This document shows, in pieces, positions 29,690-42,613 of a DNA stretch of 64,000 bases. A program made the position numbers and the translations under genes. The notes beneath the pieces are model-generated. The model was not told the origin of the DNA, did no database searches, and saw only the letters and a list, made by a program, of their open reading frames with translations. This DNA comes from Lama glama (taxonomy: Eukaryota), in contig CM052817.1 in assembly GCA_028534125.1 (NCBI GenBank), positions 71,364,001-71,428,000 of the forward strand, written 5' to 3'. The stretch's first letter is position 1. Each line of letters starts with the position of its first letter.

Positions 29690-31863
29690 ATAATCATCTC
29701 AATAGATGCAGAAAAAGCATTTGATAAAATTCAACACCCATTTATGATAAAAACTCTCACCAAAGTGGATATAGAGAGAACATATCTCAACATAATAAAA
29801 GCTATATATGACAAACCTACAGCCAGCATAGTACTCAACGATGAAAAACTCAAAAGCTTCCCACTAAAATCTGGGCCAAGACAAGGATGCCCACTATCAC
29901 CACTCCTATTCAACATAGTCTTGGGAGTCCTAGCCACAGCAATCAGGCAAGAGAGAAATAAAAGGGATCCAAATTGGAAAAGAAGAGGTAACAGTGTCAC
30001 TATATGCAGATGACATGATGCTATATATAGAAAACCCTAAAAGGTCCGCACAAAAACTATTAGAACTGATCGAAGAATTCATCAAGGTAGCAGGTTACAG
30101 ATAAACATTAAAACATTTCTTTACACTAACGATGAATCAACAGAAAAAGAAAGTAAATAAACAGTCCCCTTTAAAATAGCACCCAAAGTAATAAAATAGC
30201 TAGGAATAAATCTAACCAAGGAGGTGAAAGACATACACAGAAAACAATAAACCATTGATGAAGGAAATTAAAGAAGACTTAAAAAAAATGGAAAGATATC
30301 CCATGCTCCTGGATTGGAAGAATCAATATTGTTGAAATGGTCACACTGCCCAAGGTAATCTACAGATTTAATGCAATCCCTATCAAATTACCCAGGACAT
30401 ATTTCACAGAACTAGAACAAATCATAATAAAATTTATATGGAGCCACAAAAGACCTAGAATTGTCAAAGCATTACTGAAGAGAAAGAGGCTGGAGGAATA
30501 ACTCTCCCAGACTTCAGACAATACTGTAGAGCTACAGTCATCAAGACAGCATGATATTTGTACAAAAACAGACATATAGACCAATGGAACAGAATAGAGA
30601 GCCCAGAAATGAACCCACAAACTTTTGGTCAACTAATCTTCGACAAAGGAGGCAAGAATATACAATGGAATAAAGACAGTCTCTTCAGCNNNNNNNNNNN
30701 NNNNNNNNNNNNNNNNNNNNNNNNNNNNNNNNNNNNNNNNNNNNNNNNNNNNNNNNNNNNNNNNNNNNNNNNNNNNNNNNNNNNNNNNNNNNNNNNNNNN
30801 NNNNNNNNNNNNNNNNNNNNNNNNNNNNNNNNNNNNNNNNNNNNNNNNNNNNNNNNNNNNNNNNNNNNNNNNNNNNNNNNNNNNNNNNNNNNNNNNNNNN
30901 NNNNNNNNNNNNNNNNNNNNNNNNNNNNNNNNNNNNNNNNNNNNNNNNNNNNNNNNNNNNNNNNNNNNNNNNNNNNNNNNNNNNNNNNNNNNNNNNNNNN
31001 NNNNNNNNNNNNNNNNNNNNNNNNNNNNNNNNNNNNNNNNNNNNNNNNNNNNNNNNNNNNNNNNNNNNNNNNNNNNNNNNNNNNNNNNNNNNNNNNNNNN
31101 NNNNNNNNNNNNNNNNNNNNNNNNNNNNNNNNNNNNNNNNNNNNNNNNNNNNNNNNNNNNNNNNNNNNNNNNNNNNNNNNNNNNNNNNNATAGACTTACC
31201 ATATGACCCTGTAATCCCACTCCTGGGCATATATCCAGAAGGAACCCTACTTCAAAAAGACACCTGCACCCCAGTGTTCATAGCAGCACTATCTACAATA
31301 GCCAAGACATGGAAACAGCCTAACTGTCCATCAACAGATGACTGGATAAAGAAGAAGTGGTATACTTACACAATGGAATACTGTTCAGCCATAAAAATGA
31401 CAACATAACACCATTTGCGGCAACATGGATGTCCCTGGAGAATGTCATTGTAAGTGAAGTAAGCCAGAAAGAGAAAGAAAAATACCATATGAGATCACTC
31501 ATATGTGGAATCTAAAAAAAAAAAAAAAGAAACCATAAATACAAAACAAACAGACTCATAGACATAGAATACAAACTTGTGGTTGCCAAGGGGGTGGGGC
31601 ATGGGAAAGGACAGCCTGGGATTTCAAAATCTGTAGATACTGACAGGCATATGCAGAATAGATGGACAAGATTATACTGGATAGCACAGGGAAATATATA
31701 CAAGATCTTGTGATAGCTCATAGCAAAAAAAAATGTGACAATGAATATATGTATGTTCATATATTCAGTATAACTGAAAACTTGTGCTCTACATTGGAAA
31801 TTGACACAACATTGTAAAATGACTAACTCAATAAAAAAATGTTATAAAATAAAAGTAAAAATA
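29690..31863 (+). mobile_element. 5'-truncated relatively young L1 (ORF2 RT/C-terminal part, 3'UTR, poly-A), containing a gap
   Basis: Translations [54 protein letters not shown]; frameshifted; TSD aaaa(g/t)aa(a/t)tgcagctgt at 29673-29689 and 31864-31880. Confidence 0.95.
30690..31189. other. Assembly gap (500 N) within L1
   Basis: Run of N. Confidence 0.99.
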
Positions 31864-32169
31864 AAAATAATTGCAGCTGTGATAATTGGTGATGAAAAGT
31901 ACACATCATAAGAGTAGCAAAAATTAAATGGAAGTTCAGAACTGGTAGAAATGTCTGTTTGCAGTATTGGGAACGACTTCGTGGAGGAAGTATCATTTTG
32001 CATAGACTTGGGGGCATGAGTACATTTTTATCAGGCAGAAATGTGAAGGAGTAGGGAGCATTTTAGCTATGAACACATCACAGGTGTTATTTGGGGGTAG
32101 AGAATAGCCTAATTGAGCACTGGGTGTGGATTGTGTGTGAGGGAGAACAGAAACTGAGGTTGGCAAGGC

Positions 32170-32568
32170 TGTGTTTAGTCTGCTCAGGCTGCCATATAAA
32201 ATGCTGTGTAGACTGGGTGGTCTAAACAACTGAAATGTAACTTCTCAGAGTTTTGGAAGCTGGAAGTCCCAGGTTAAGATACTGGCAGGTTTGGTTCCTG
32301 GTGAGGATCTGCCTGACTTGCAGACAGCCACCTTTTTTGCTCTACAGTCATGTGGCCTTTGCTCTGTGATCCGTGGGGAGAAAGAGAAAGAGATATCTCT
32401 GGTATTTCTTCCTCTTAAGGACATCAGTCCTATTGGATTAGGGTCCCACTCTTCTGACTGCATCTAACCTTAATTGCTTCCTTATAGGTCCTATCTCCAA
32501 ATACAGTCACATGGAGAGTCAGGGCTTTGATATATGAATTTGGGGGGAATACAATTCAATCCATAACA
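32170..32568 (-). mobile_element. MaLR solo LTR (MLT1A-like)
   Basis: tgtgtttagtctgctcaggctgccat...ggaagctggaagtcccag...aattcaatccataaca; TG...CA ends. Confidence 0.85.
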
Positions 32569-32624
32569 GATAGATTGGGTTATGAATCTGAGGGTCAGTC
32601 ATTGGGGTTTTACTTCTCTAGACC

Positions 32625-32945
32625 AGCACTGTCTAGTGGAAATCTAATGTCAGTCATATATGTGACTTAAAATTTTCTAGTAGCCACATTACAAAAAGTA
32701 AAAGGAGACAGGGGAAATTAATTTTAATAATATTTTATTTAACTCAGTATATCCAACATACTATTTTAATGTGCATAATAAATATAAAAATTATTGAGAT
32801 ATTTTACCTTCTTTCATATGTCAGTACTTCATCTTCAAAATCTGGCATGGTTTTGCACTTACAGCACATTTCAGCGTGGGCTAGCTGCAGTGCAGGTGCT
32901 CAGAACTCACATGTGGCGATGGCTGCCCTATCGGGCAGTATGACT
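32625..32945. mobile_element. MER33-like hAT MITE
   Basis: cagcactgtctagtggaaat...aaattttctagtagccacatt...cacttacagcacatttcag...cacatgtggc. Confidence 0.75.
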
Positions 32946-33509
32946 GGGCAACAAACACTAGCAGCCTTTGAGTCAAGGGTGCAGTGATGGAAGATGTGGT
33001 TTAGGAAAATTAATCTGGCACTGGTGGTGAGGAGTAGAGGGGAGGAGAGGTAGGGTGTAGGGAATGTAGTAAGGCTGCTCTTAAAACCGTGGAAAACAGA
33101 TGAGAGGGAGGATCTAAATGTTAGGGTGATGGTACCTGAGAAGAGAAAAGGTGAATAGTTGGTAAAGTAATGACTTTGTTTATATTTATTAAAAAAGGTA
33201 AAAGTGTTATATTTGATATGATCTGAACTTCTAAATGTTTGCCTGGAGATAGTTTATCAATCTCCAACTTTCCCACTGAGGTACTTGTGCTGGGAAGTGT
33301 CCTTTCCTTCCAAGCAACAGGAGAACTTCCAGCCTTACGTCAGGAGTTTACTTGCATGGGTCTGAAGCTGAGGGACCCAGCTCATCTCTTTCTCCAACAT
33401 TTATGATAGAATTTTTGGATTTAAAAATGTGTAGAGCTCTGAGAGCATGTAGCATGAAAGAAGTTGAAAATGCTCCCCTTCCGGAATATTGGGTTTTCCA
33501 ATGATGTGA

Positions 33510-33725
<216 letters not shown>

Positions 33726-34975
33726 TGATACCCAAGTGTATTTCCATTAGAGCTTCTAGAAATCATTTGGTTCAGTCAGGCTGGTGGTGAGTTTACTTTC
33801 CTGATTAGATTGATACTGGGGTTGAGAATGTGAAATAATCCAAGTATTCATAATTTAATAGCATCTGGAATAAATCCTTTTTAATTGCTCACAATTCAAT
33901 AAAGGTGGGAACACAGGTGGTTCTCTTTAACTCTGCAGGTAATGTCCTGATTTGTAATGTTGATTTCTGGGGCTGCTGGAAAAACTCTGCAGGGCTAGAC
34001 AGGTTGGGAGGATGTCTGGTCTGTTAGCATTTTGAATCACTTTCTAGGATTTTAAAAAGTCAGTATTTCTCAATCTGAATTAGAAATTTTTCAAATGCTA
34101 ATAATGGTCAATTCCTGCTTCCTGAACCCTATCCCCATAACAGCAGTGTCTGCTCACCATCAGCACCTGGGAAGGGAAGCTGGCTCTATAGACCCTGGAA
34201 GCCAGGATCAGAGGCTCTTCCCCTGTCACTGCCAGCTAGTTACCTGACTCAGCTCTGCAAGCAGAAAGCATCCTAAGGAAGGAAAGTTCTGCACTCGCTT
34301 GGGTCTCTGCTTTTTTAGCACATTATTTTCTAAAACAACTTGCTCTTCTTAAAGGCCTTGGAAGACTGTTAATACTTACATAGTCAGCTACACACCCTAC
34401 TGTTTTCCTTTTAAAGAGCAGTGAACCATTCAATAAAAGGGATGTTACCATTTTGGCATTCCCCTCTGTTATTGTAACATTTCCTTTTTGTCAAAGTTGC
34501 TACTCTTGTCTTTGAGGGGTCCCCTGAAAGTTAAATCATTTTTAGAAGAAAGTATTGTGTAGGAGAAATTTTTGAGACTCCCAGGAAACTGGGGTAGTAG
34601 CCTCTGTAGTGGTGAGTGGTTTATACATAAGCCGTAAAAAGATACTGTGGTTCAGCAAGACCTTAAAGCTAACTTGTTTTACATGGTGTGTATTTATGGA
34701 TGACAGATGTGCTTTTATAATAATACCAGTGACTTGGGATTCATACGATTTTAGGATTGACCATTCTCTCACTTGCCTCCAGTATGCTTTATGTCAGATA
34801 ATACTGAACCTAAAGGAGGAATGGCTGGCTTCATGGTGAATGACATAAAGTCTGATTAGGAAAGTGAAACTATTGTTCTATCTCACAAATTGTTCACAGA
34901 AATTAGTTCCTGTTTTTGATATATGAAAAACCCTAATCAGTTCAGAAAGTAACAGAAATGCCTTGATTCTCCTAG

Positions 34976-35120
34976 ACTCTACTCCGGTGTCTCACCTCTG
35001 GGAGTATGGCCACTTTTCTGTGAGAAATGGGTACCGCAAATGTCCGCCGTCCCATCATGGGTACTGTCTCAACGGTGGTGTGTGTACTTATCTTGAACTA
35101 ATCAACCACTCTGTCTGCAA
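34976..35120 (+). CDS. EGF: EGF exon 20, linker plus residues 1-32 of mature EGF (DSTPVSHLWEYGHFSVR/NGYRKCPPSHHGYCLNGGVCTYLELINHSVCN)
   Basis: ctcctag|ACT acceptor, GCAA|gtaagt donor; 145 nt, phase 1/2; mature peptide starts at AAT 35026 after SVR. Confidence 0.95.
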
Positions 35121-35247
35121 GTAAGTCAGCCTGTTTTTTCTGACAGCACAGAGATATATTGCAGCCATAACTTTTAGTGGATTTATAAAATTTATATTGA
35201 GATTTTTCTATAATTAGGTTTTTCCATATGCATTTACATATATAAAT

Positions 35248-35274
35248 TGTGTGTGTGTGTGTGTGTGTGTGTGT
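35248..35274. repeat. (TG)13 microsatellite
   Basis: Direct read; about 130 bp after exon 20. Confidence 0.95.
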
Positions 35275-37511
35275 ACATGCATGTGTTGCACCCTCCTTGC
35301 ATATTACACCCCCCACACACACCAGGTGCCAGTGGTAAATATAAAATTTAAGGAATTGGTGATTTTCCCTGTTACTTAAATATCTTGATGTTACTACTGA
35401 TACAGTCTGGGGATTAAACTGAGAAGATTTCTTAAAACTTTGATTTATTTTCTGCCAAATAGATGAAGAGCATCCATGCTGTGTTTCTGAATTTAAAAAG
35501 TGTCACACTAGACATCTTGCCTTCAATTCTCAAAACTATTTGTGTGTGTATATATATATATTTTCCCCCCTTTTACTTCCTAATAGTTGGCATTTACAGG
35601 TTTGTTGTTTGGTAATAACTGCTGGATGCAGCCATGGCTGCCTTTTCCTCTGCTTTTGTCCCCGTTATGGTTTCGGTGGGCAAAGTGTCAACCTGAAGAG
35701 AGGGTTCAAAGAAGCCCTGGAACTGTGAGGTGCTCCCACTACACTCACTTGGAAAACACCCCCCTCAGAGTCTTCAGTAAAACCACACTTACAAGATCTA
35801 GTTCTGGATCAAATCTTACTTTTAATTACTTTCATTTTTTGAAGGCAATATAAGGGAATCAAAAAATAAATAGGTCTCTTATGGCTAGACTCCTGACTCA
35901 TGAATAATTCTCTACGTGGCTGAGGAAGGAGTGATAGAATATTCCAGTCCTCACAAATAGATGCTATAAGCTTAAAGGCTTTGATTATTTTATCAATAAT
36001 ACTCAGCAGAAACATAGTCTGAATTATTAGAAGAACAAGTTATATTCTGTGATAAAGTGTATGGCCTTGCATTATAAATCATGTCAGCCTGACAAAAATA
36101 GTGAAAAATGCTCATGAATATTAGCAAAAATAACACAGTTCTAGTAGAAATCTTTTTCCATATTCATATTTTATGCTGTGATTTTCTAACCTAAGGTAAA
36201 GTTTAGTACTTAACAGTAATCATCCTTGATTTTGATAATAAGAATCAAATTGTTTTTACCTGTTTGTGGCTCCTTACTATTCCAAATAGTGAAATTCTGA
36301 AGACAAATGTGTTAGTCATGGTTTGTGTTTCTCTCTGATACTTGAACTCTGGGTTACAAAAGGCATTATTGTAGTATGAGGGTACTGCAGGGTTGCATAT
36401 TGCAGTTAGTAAATTAATTTCATTTGGACCGAATTCATTAAATGAATTGTGAACTCTTTAGCACACTGCTTTTTTGTCATTAAATCCTGATGAAAATATC
36501 ATATTTCCCTGATAATGTTTTAAACACAAGCTGCACAAAATGACGATTAAACTGAAGTTAACACTTAATTTTAAGGACCTTTCATTGAAAGCAATATTTA
36601 AAATATCACCAGAGTTCCTATTAATCTGGATCATAACTTTGTTTTTGAATTCTATATTTAATACAAACATGGTTTAATCAAACATTCAACCTTTCCCTCC
36701 TTCCCTGCCCTGATGACCTCACCTTGTATTTAATTCCATAATAAAATGTCTCTAGGGGGTGCTTCCCAGTCCAGTTTTGATTTGAAACACTTCATAGCCA
36801 TCATTCTGTACAGAGTGTTCTTAATGTTGTGAGAAGGTTGATAAAGGTTGCTTGGAGGCTGTGGAAGCTCCCCTCAGATACAGGGACCCCCTGGCTGCCC
36901 CGAGGATGCAGAGGATGTGAGAACTGAAAGTCTCCATGCCCAAAGTCTTCTTCACAGGTTCCCTGCTCGGGGGATTCTCAGAGGACTCCAAACCTCCTGA
37001 CCACAGAAGAGGTCCTCATTTATTCTGGTTTGGATCCCTTCCAGGCAGATCTTCTTCCACCCAAGTTCCCCCAACATCAGTGCTGTGAAACATTTCATAA
37101 ACAAAGAGTCGTGTGGCTAAATCAGTTAGAGAAATGCTGCATATGCTAGCCTTCAGTTCTTGATTCATTGTACACCACAACACATGAAAAAGTCTTACTG
37201 ACCTTAGTTTAGTCCAGAATTTCTTGAAATTATTTGACCATGGAAACTGAAACTTACTTGGCCAGAGAATCTTGTGTTTGGTATAGGAGAAGAACTAACT
37301 GATAACCCAAAGAGCTAGTGGTGTGTGGCCCGCCTCTGTGAAATTCTGGCTGGCTGCTCTGGGGCCTTACAAGGCTGAGAGGCTTTGATATTGCAGCCTG
37401 CCTTGGCTCCTCAGGTCTCTTGTCATGAGCTTGTTATATTCTTTGAGAGCCTAAAATCTCGAGAGGATTAGAGATACGGCCTTTTAACATTCAGCAGTTT
37501 AAAAGTGGCTG

Positions 37512-37598
37512 AAAAATTGTGCTGAACACTGGAATTTGACACAACACTGTAAAATGATTATGAATCAATAAAAAATGTAAAAAAATAAATAAATAAAA
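37512..37598 (+). mobile_element. Very short young L1 3' tail with perfect TSD
   Basis: ggaatttgacacaacactgtaaaatgattatgaatcaataaaaaatg + A-rich tail; TSD taaaagtggctg at 37500-37511 and 37599-37610. Confidence 0.88.
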
Positions 37599-37799
37599 TA
37601 AAAGTGGCTGCTAGGCATTGATAGTAAATGTCTATATGCAAAGATAGCTAGAATTAAAACAACATCCTGGACAGCCAGGGGTAACTTGGTGGTCCTTTCT
37701 GCTACCTACACTCAGATCCTGCATTCTCTTACAGAGTCTGTTCTAGAAGAATAGTTTTTCAGAGGTGCATGGAGCTTAAAACCCTTTCTGAAAGTGACC

Positions 37800-38010
37800 C
37801 AATGTAGTAAAAAGAACACAGGTTTTGAAATCAGAGAGCCATTTACACCAGACTTGCCATTCACTAGCTATGTGACCTGATACAAATGACTTAACCTCTT
37901 TGAGTCTCATCTTCCTCATCTGTAAACTGGGGATGTGCCATCAAGAATAAAATAAGTAAAAGTGCCTAGCACAGTATCAGAAACATAAGGTGCATAACAG
38001 ATGTTAGTTC
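37800..38010 (+). mobile_element. MIR SINE
   Basis: cactagctatgtgacct...gacttaacctctttgagtctcatcttcctcatctgtaaa...agtgcctagcacagt. Confidence 0.8.
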
Positions 38011-38307
38011 TTTTCCCTCCTGTCTCTGAAAGTGCCTCGCCAAAGCTCCAATGACCAACTCAGGGGTTAGACTCGAGACCTTCACGGGCTTCATCCGTGC
38101 ATTAGGTGCTTGCTTCATCCAAAGCTTTTCCTACACTGCCTCTTCCCACCGCAGGGACTGGTATCAATTCACTTTATATTCATTCCTTCACCTCCATTTG
38201 GAATGAAGTGGGGACATGGGCATAGAGACCGTGGATCCAGGGCCAAGGGGAAGAAATTCCTAACAAGTGAGCATCACAAAATTTTTAATAGAATTTTTCT
38301 GTGCTGC

Positions 38308-38500
38308 TTGTTTTATTTCTTTTTTAATCGAAGTATGGTTGTTTTACAATGTCGTGTTCGTTTCTGGTGTACAGCACAGTAATTCAGTTATATGTGTATA
38401 TATCTTTTTCATATTCTTTATCATAGGTTTTTGAATATAGTTCCTTGTGCTAAACAGTAGGACCTTGTTATTTATTTTATATATAGTAGTTTGTATCTGA
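38308..38500 (-). mobile_element. L1 3' end fragment (artiodactyl-type)
   Basis: gaagtatggttgttttacaatgtcgtg...tttctggtgtacagcacagtaattcagtta...tagtagtttgtatctg; aatagaat on both flanks. Confidence 0.8.
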
Positions 38501-39293
38501 AAGTAATAGAATATTTTTAAAGTATATGCTCTCGCAAAGAATAATAGAATATAGTTGTTGTATCCAAGATCCTGAGTTTCTGGAAGCATGCATTCCCAGT
38601 AGATGGCAGCATTGTTTCATCTACTTTCATCTGAAGGATCACAGACCTTCAGATTTGTGTTGGTCTCTGGTAGTTCCAGTCACAGCTTCACTAATGAAGC
38701 AGCAGTGAATGCTGATTTTCCTCCTTTAGGTTTTCCATCTTGAAGAAACTAGGCAAATGCTTGTGTGTAGCCACTGAGACCTCTTGGCCTGTAGTGATTA
38801 AAAAAAGAAAAAAGGGAGAGTGATTTCCTCTGCAGTCTGTGCTTCCTATTCAGAGACCACTCATATCCTTTTACAGCCTGGTCTCAAGTAAGACTCTGCC
38901 TTCAAATTCTTCCTTCTTTCGACCTGTACTCATTGCAGTCTGGCCAAACATTTGTTCCAAAACTTCTTTGGCTCGTAAGGCAGAGTTGCTTTGTGTTGGT
39001 CTTAGAAAGAGCTCTTGATAGGATTTTAGCCTAACAGAGATTGGTCTTTAACCAGTGTTCTGCAAAGCCTTATGGAGGCGCTATGCAAATAATCCCCTAT
39101 CTATCCCAGGGCCAACAGACCAATGGGGGAAGTCCATGCTGCATTAACTTGTCAACTAGAGTGCTTTCAACAGACCATTGATGGATTTTCCATATGCTTC
39201 CGAAAAAGAGCTGAGGCTGAAATGCAGAGGTTGAGAAACGGCTGGCTATTGAGTGTAAAAATATTAACATGTATGGCCATGGCTCACTGCTGA

Positions 39294-39485
<192 letters not shown>

Positions 39486-41917
39486 TGACTTTTCTTCCAT
39501 TGGCACTTTCAACCTCCTCCTAGCTCCCGGGAGCTCCTTGCGATGAGCTTTGTCTACACAGTTATTTCATTTAACAAGTAGAATAGCACTAAAAGAAAAC
39601 AAAAAATGGTCCAGGATTTCACTGCTCTAAAATATCAGTGGTTTTATTGTTCCATTCTAGTCTTTGCGCATAGACCTGTGTAGTTTATGGGATTGTTATT
39701 TACCATAATGCATTTTTATATTCCACTTTTTTCTTTTAGCATCACATGCTTTTCTCCCCACAGCCTGCATGTAACTATAATTTTTCATGGCTGCCTTCCA
39801 CTGAGTTGATTTCCCACAAAGTATTAACTTTGGTTCAAGAAAATCAGTATCTTCCCTAACTTGGAAAGAAGCTTCTGGTTCTTGAAGCTTATGTTTTCAA
39901 TAATTTCAAGTTAAAAGTTTAAAACTGTGGAATGATACTATTTACACATTTAATTAAAAAAAAAACACTACATAAGGGTGAAGAAATGGGCATTGCATTG
40001 TTTGCTCATTTTCTACTATCTTAAAAAGTAGGATAGTATCTCCACTATCATCAATATTGAAAAGCATTTTATGTACTGTTGTAGTTTGGCATATAGGAAT
40101 TAATAAATGCTTTCTGTTGTTATTGTTAGATTTTCCATGAACTGTAATCTTACCCAAGGAGTCACATATTCTGAACCCTTTTCTATCTTGAGATGCAGGA
40201 TTCTCAGGTACAAACTTGAAATTTTAATTCAGTGGTCCATCAGTAACCATTGTACTTTTTAGGCTGGTATTCAATCAATACCTTGGATGTTTGTAGGAAG
40301 AATATTGAATAATCTGTGGTTCATCCCATTGGACAGAACATCAAAAGACAAGTAGATGCTTGGCAAATAATGTAGAAAAAACAGAAGGAAGAAACTTAAG
40401 TACATATATACTATAATTATTAAGTATTTTTTCTTATTCTATGGGCTGTGACATAGTAAGATTCTGCTAAGATCAAATTAAAACTGCCAGCCTAAACATT
40501 GCCATATTACTAATGAATACCAATAAATACAGCTCTAGCATTGAGTTTTTAAGTTAGATATGTTAGCGATTTTCTTTAAAGAGTTAAAATCAGTTGCTCC
40601 TCCTTTTGTATCAGATTGTGTAGACTGACTTTTCTATATCGACTACTCAATACTGTTTGTCTTGTGTATCTCTGAAAAGATTAATGTTTGTGGAACTAAG
40701 TAATTTTAAAGTATTTAAGATATTATTACTTCATAAAACTTGATTTCTTGGAAGGACCCCTTTGTAAGGATATCAACAGGAAAGTAATGTCAGAAACTAT
40801 AATTTGGAACTTTGGAACTGTTTCTATTAGCCACTTAATTTTTTTTCCTCATTGCCTTTGATTAAAAATAATAACCCACACCATTTCCTAGTACTATCTG
40901 TTACATGGAATTCATAGCTCTGGGATGGGCTTCCCCAGCAGCCCCTGCCTTCCTTATTGCCGTTCCTCAGAATGTGCAGGCAGGCCTGTCTGACTAAGCA
41001 TTGTGCTCCTAGAGAAAATTAAGCTGCCATCTACCCCAAGATAGCAGTGCCATTTTGGAGTCTTGAGTCTGGCTGGTGGTCTTCCCCACCATCTTTCCTT
41101 TATTGCCTTCCCTTAAATGGGTGCTCAGTGTGTACCTGTCTCTCTCTCTCTCAAGGCTATGCTTTGAGGACAGGGATCCCATTGTAAGGCTCCACCTCCC
41201 TCCCTTCCTCCCCCCAGGGCATGACATCATGCCTTGAAAAGACTAGCACTTAATGTTTGTCAAATAAGTATTTTATAAAACTGGATTTGGAGGCAGGACA
41301 CCTAGTCCATTCCCTGGCTTGGCAGCTACGAGACAGTCTTCTCTTGGGTGTTCCACTCCTTGTGTTCTTGCTCTGACGCCTTTGAAATTGCAGCAGGCCA
41401 AGGAAGGAGCCTAGGCTTTGTGTCATTGTGACCCACCTCCTGGGCTGCCATTGGTAGCTGTGTGCCTTGAGTGCATCAATACTGTTGTCCAGCCCCGCTG
41501 GCTTCACTTGTAAAATGGAGCTAATAGAGGGTGTGTCACACAATTGCTGTGATAGTATTTCCATAGGCACTCCCTCCCCCACAAAATTCTAAGTCCATTT
41601 AGGTAGAGATTTTGTTGTTGTTTTTCCAGTCACTGGTACTAGGACAGAGCCTAGGATATAGTTTGTACTCAATCAATGTGTCCATGACTGCATGGCTCCC
41701 CTCTGCCTCACCCCATGCCCTCCACTCTCTTCTTACAGTATCTTGGAAAGAGTGAAGCATCATCTGGAAAGTAATGCAGGAAAGAATACCTTAAAATCCC
41801 AAAGTTATGCTTCTGGTATTCTTAATACTTCTCTCCCATGCGTTTTAAGTACCTAAATTTCAGTAGCAGAAGTAGTTGTCCCTGCCCATCAGTGAGTGTG
41901 CTGTTGTTTTGTTTTGA

Positions 41918-42070
<153 letters not shown>

Positions 42071-42496
42071 TGACCAAAGTACTCGAAGCAAGAAATTGGT
42101 TTTAAATTAATCCTTGTTCATTTTTTTCTCATTCTTCAATCAGTTCAAAGAGACTAGAACATGTTCTAGCTTCCACCTGGTGCTAATAATGCCCAGCACC
42201 CCAGTAACAGGGGAGGTCCTGGGTGGGCAGTGGGGGTGGGGGATCTGTGTCCTAAATTAATCAGACAAGCTGAAACAGTGCCATAACATAATGGCACAGG
42301 ACATTTATGGGTTTTTTTTTTTCTATCACGTAGTTTTTTCCTGTAACAGCTTTTTATGTCTTTGTGAAAAGTCATTCCCAGTTTTTAGGTGATCCCTTTC
42401 AGATGGATGCCTTAAAAAGCCAAGATTATCCTCCTGATTTTCTTAACATTTCTTTTTTCACACATATTTTAAGTCCCTAAACTTCAGCAGCAAAAC

Positions 42497-42613
42497 AGTT
42501 GCCATGTTTAGCAAACAAAAATAAAGGACACCTAGTTAAATTCATACTAATACTAGAAGCCCAAATTTAAATTCAGATTTAACTGGGTATTCTGTATTTT
42601 ATCTGGCAACCCT
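42497..42613. mobile_element. MER53-like hAT MITE, internally deleted
   Basis: gttgccatgtttagcaaacaaaaataaaggacacctagttaaatt ... atttaactgggtattctgtattttatctggcaaccct inverted arms. Confidence 0.7.

Noticed and set aside
30558..31230. Long ORFs over the second gap; possible active L1
   Set aside because: Mostly N; the L1 is 5'-truncated and frameshifted.
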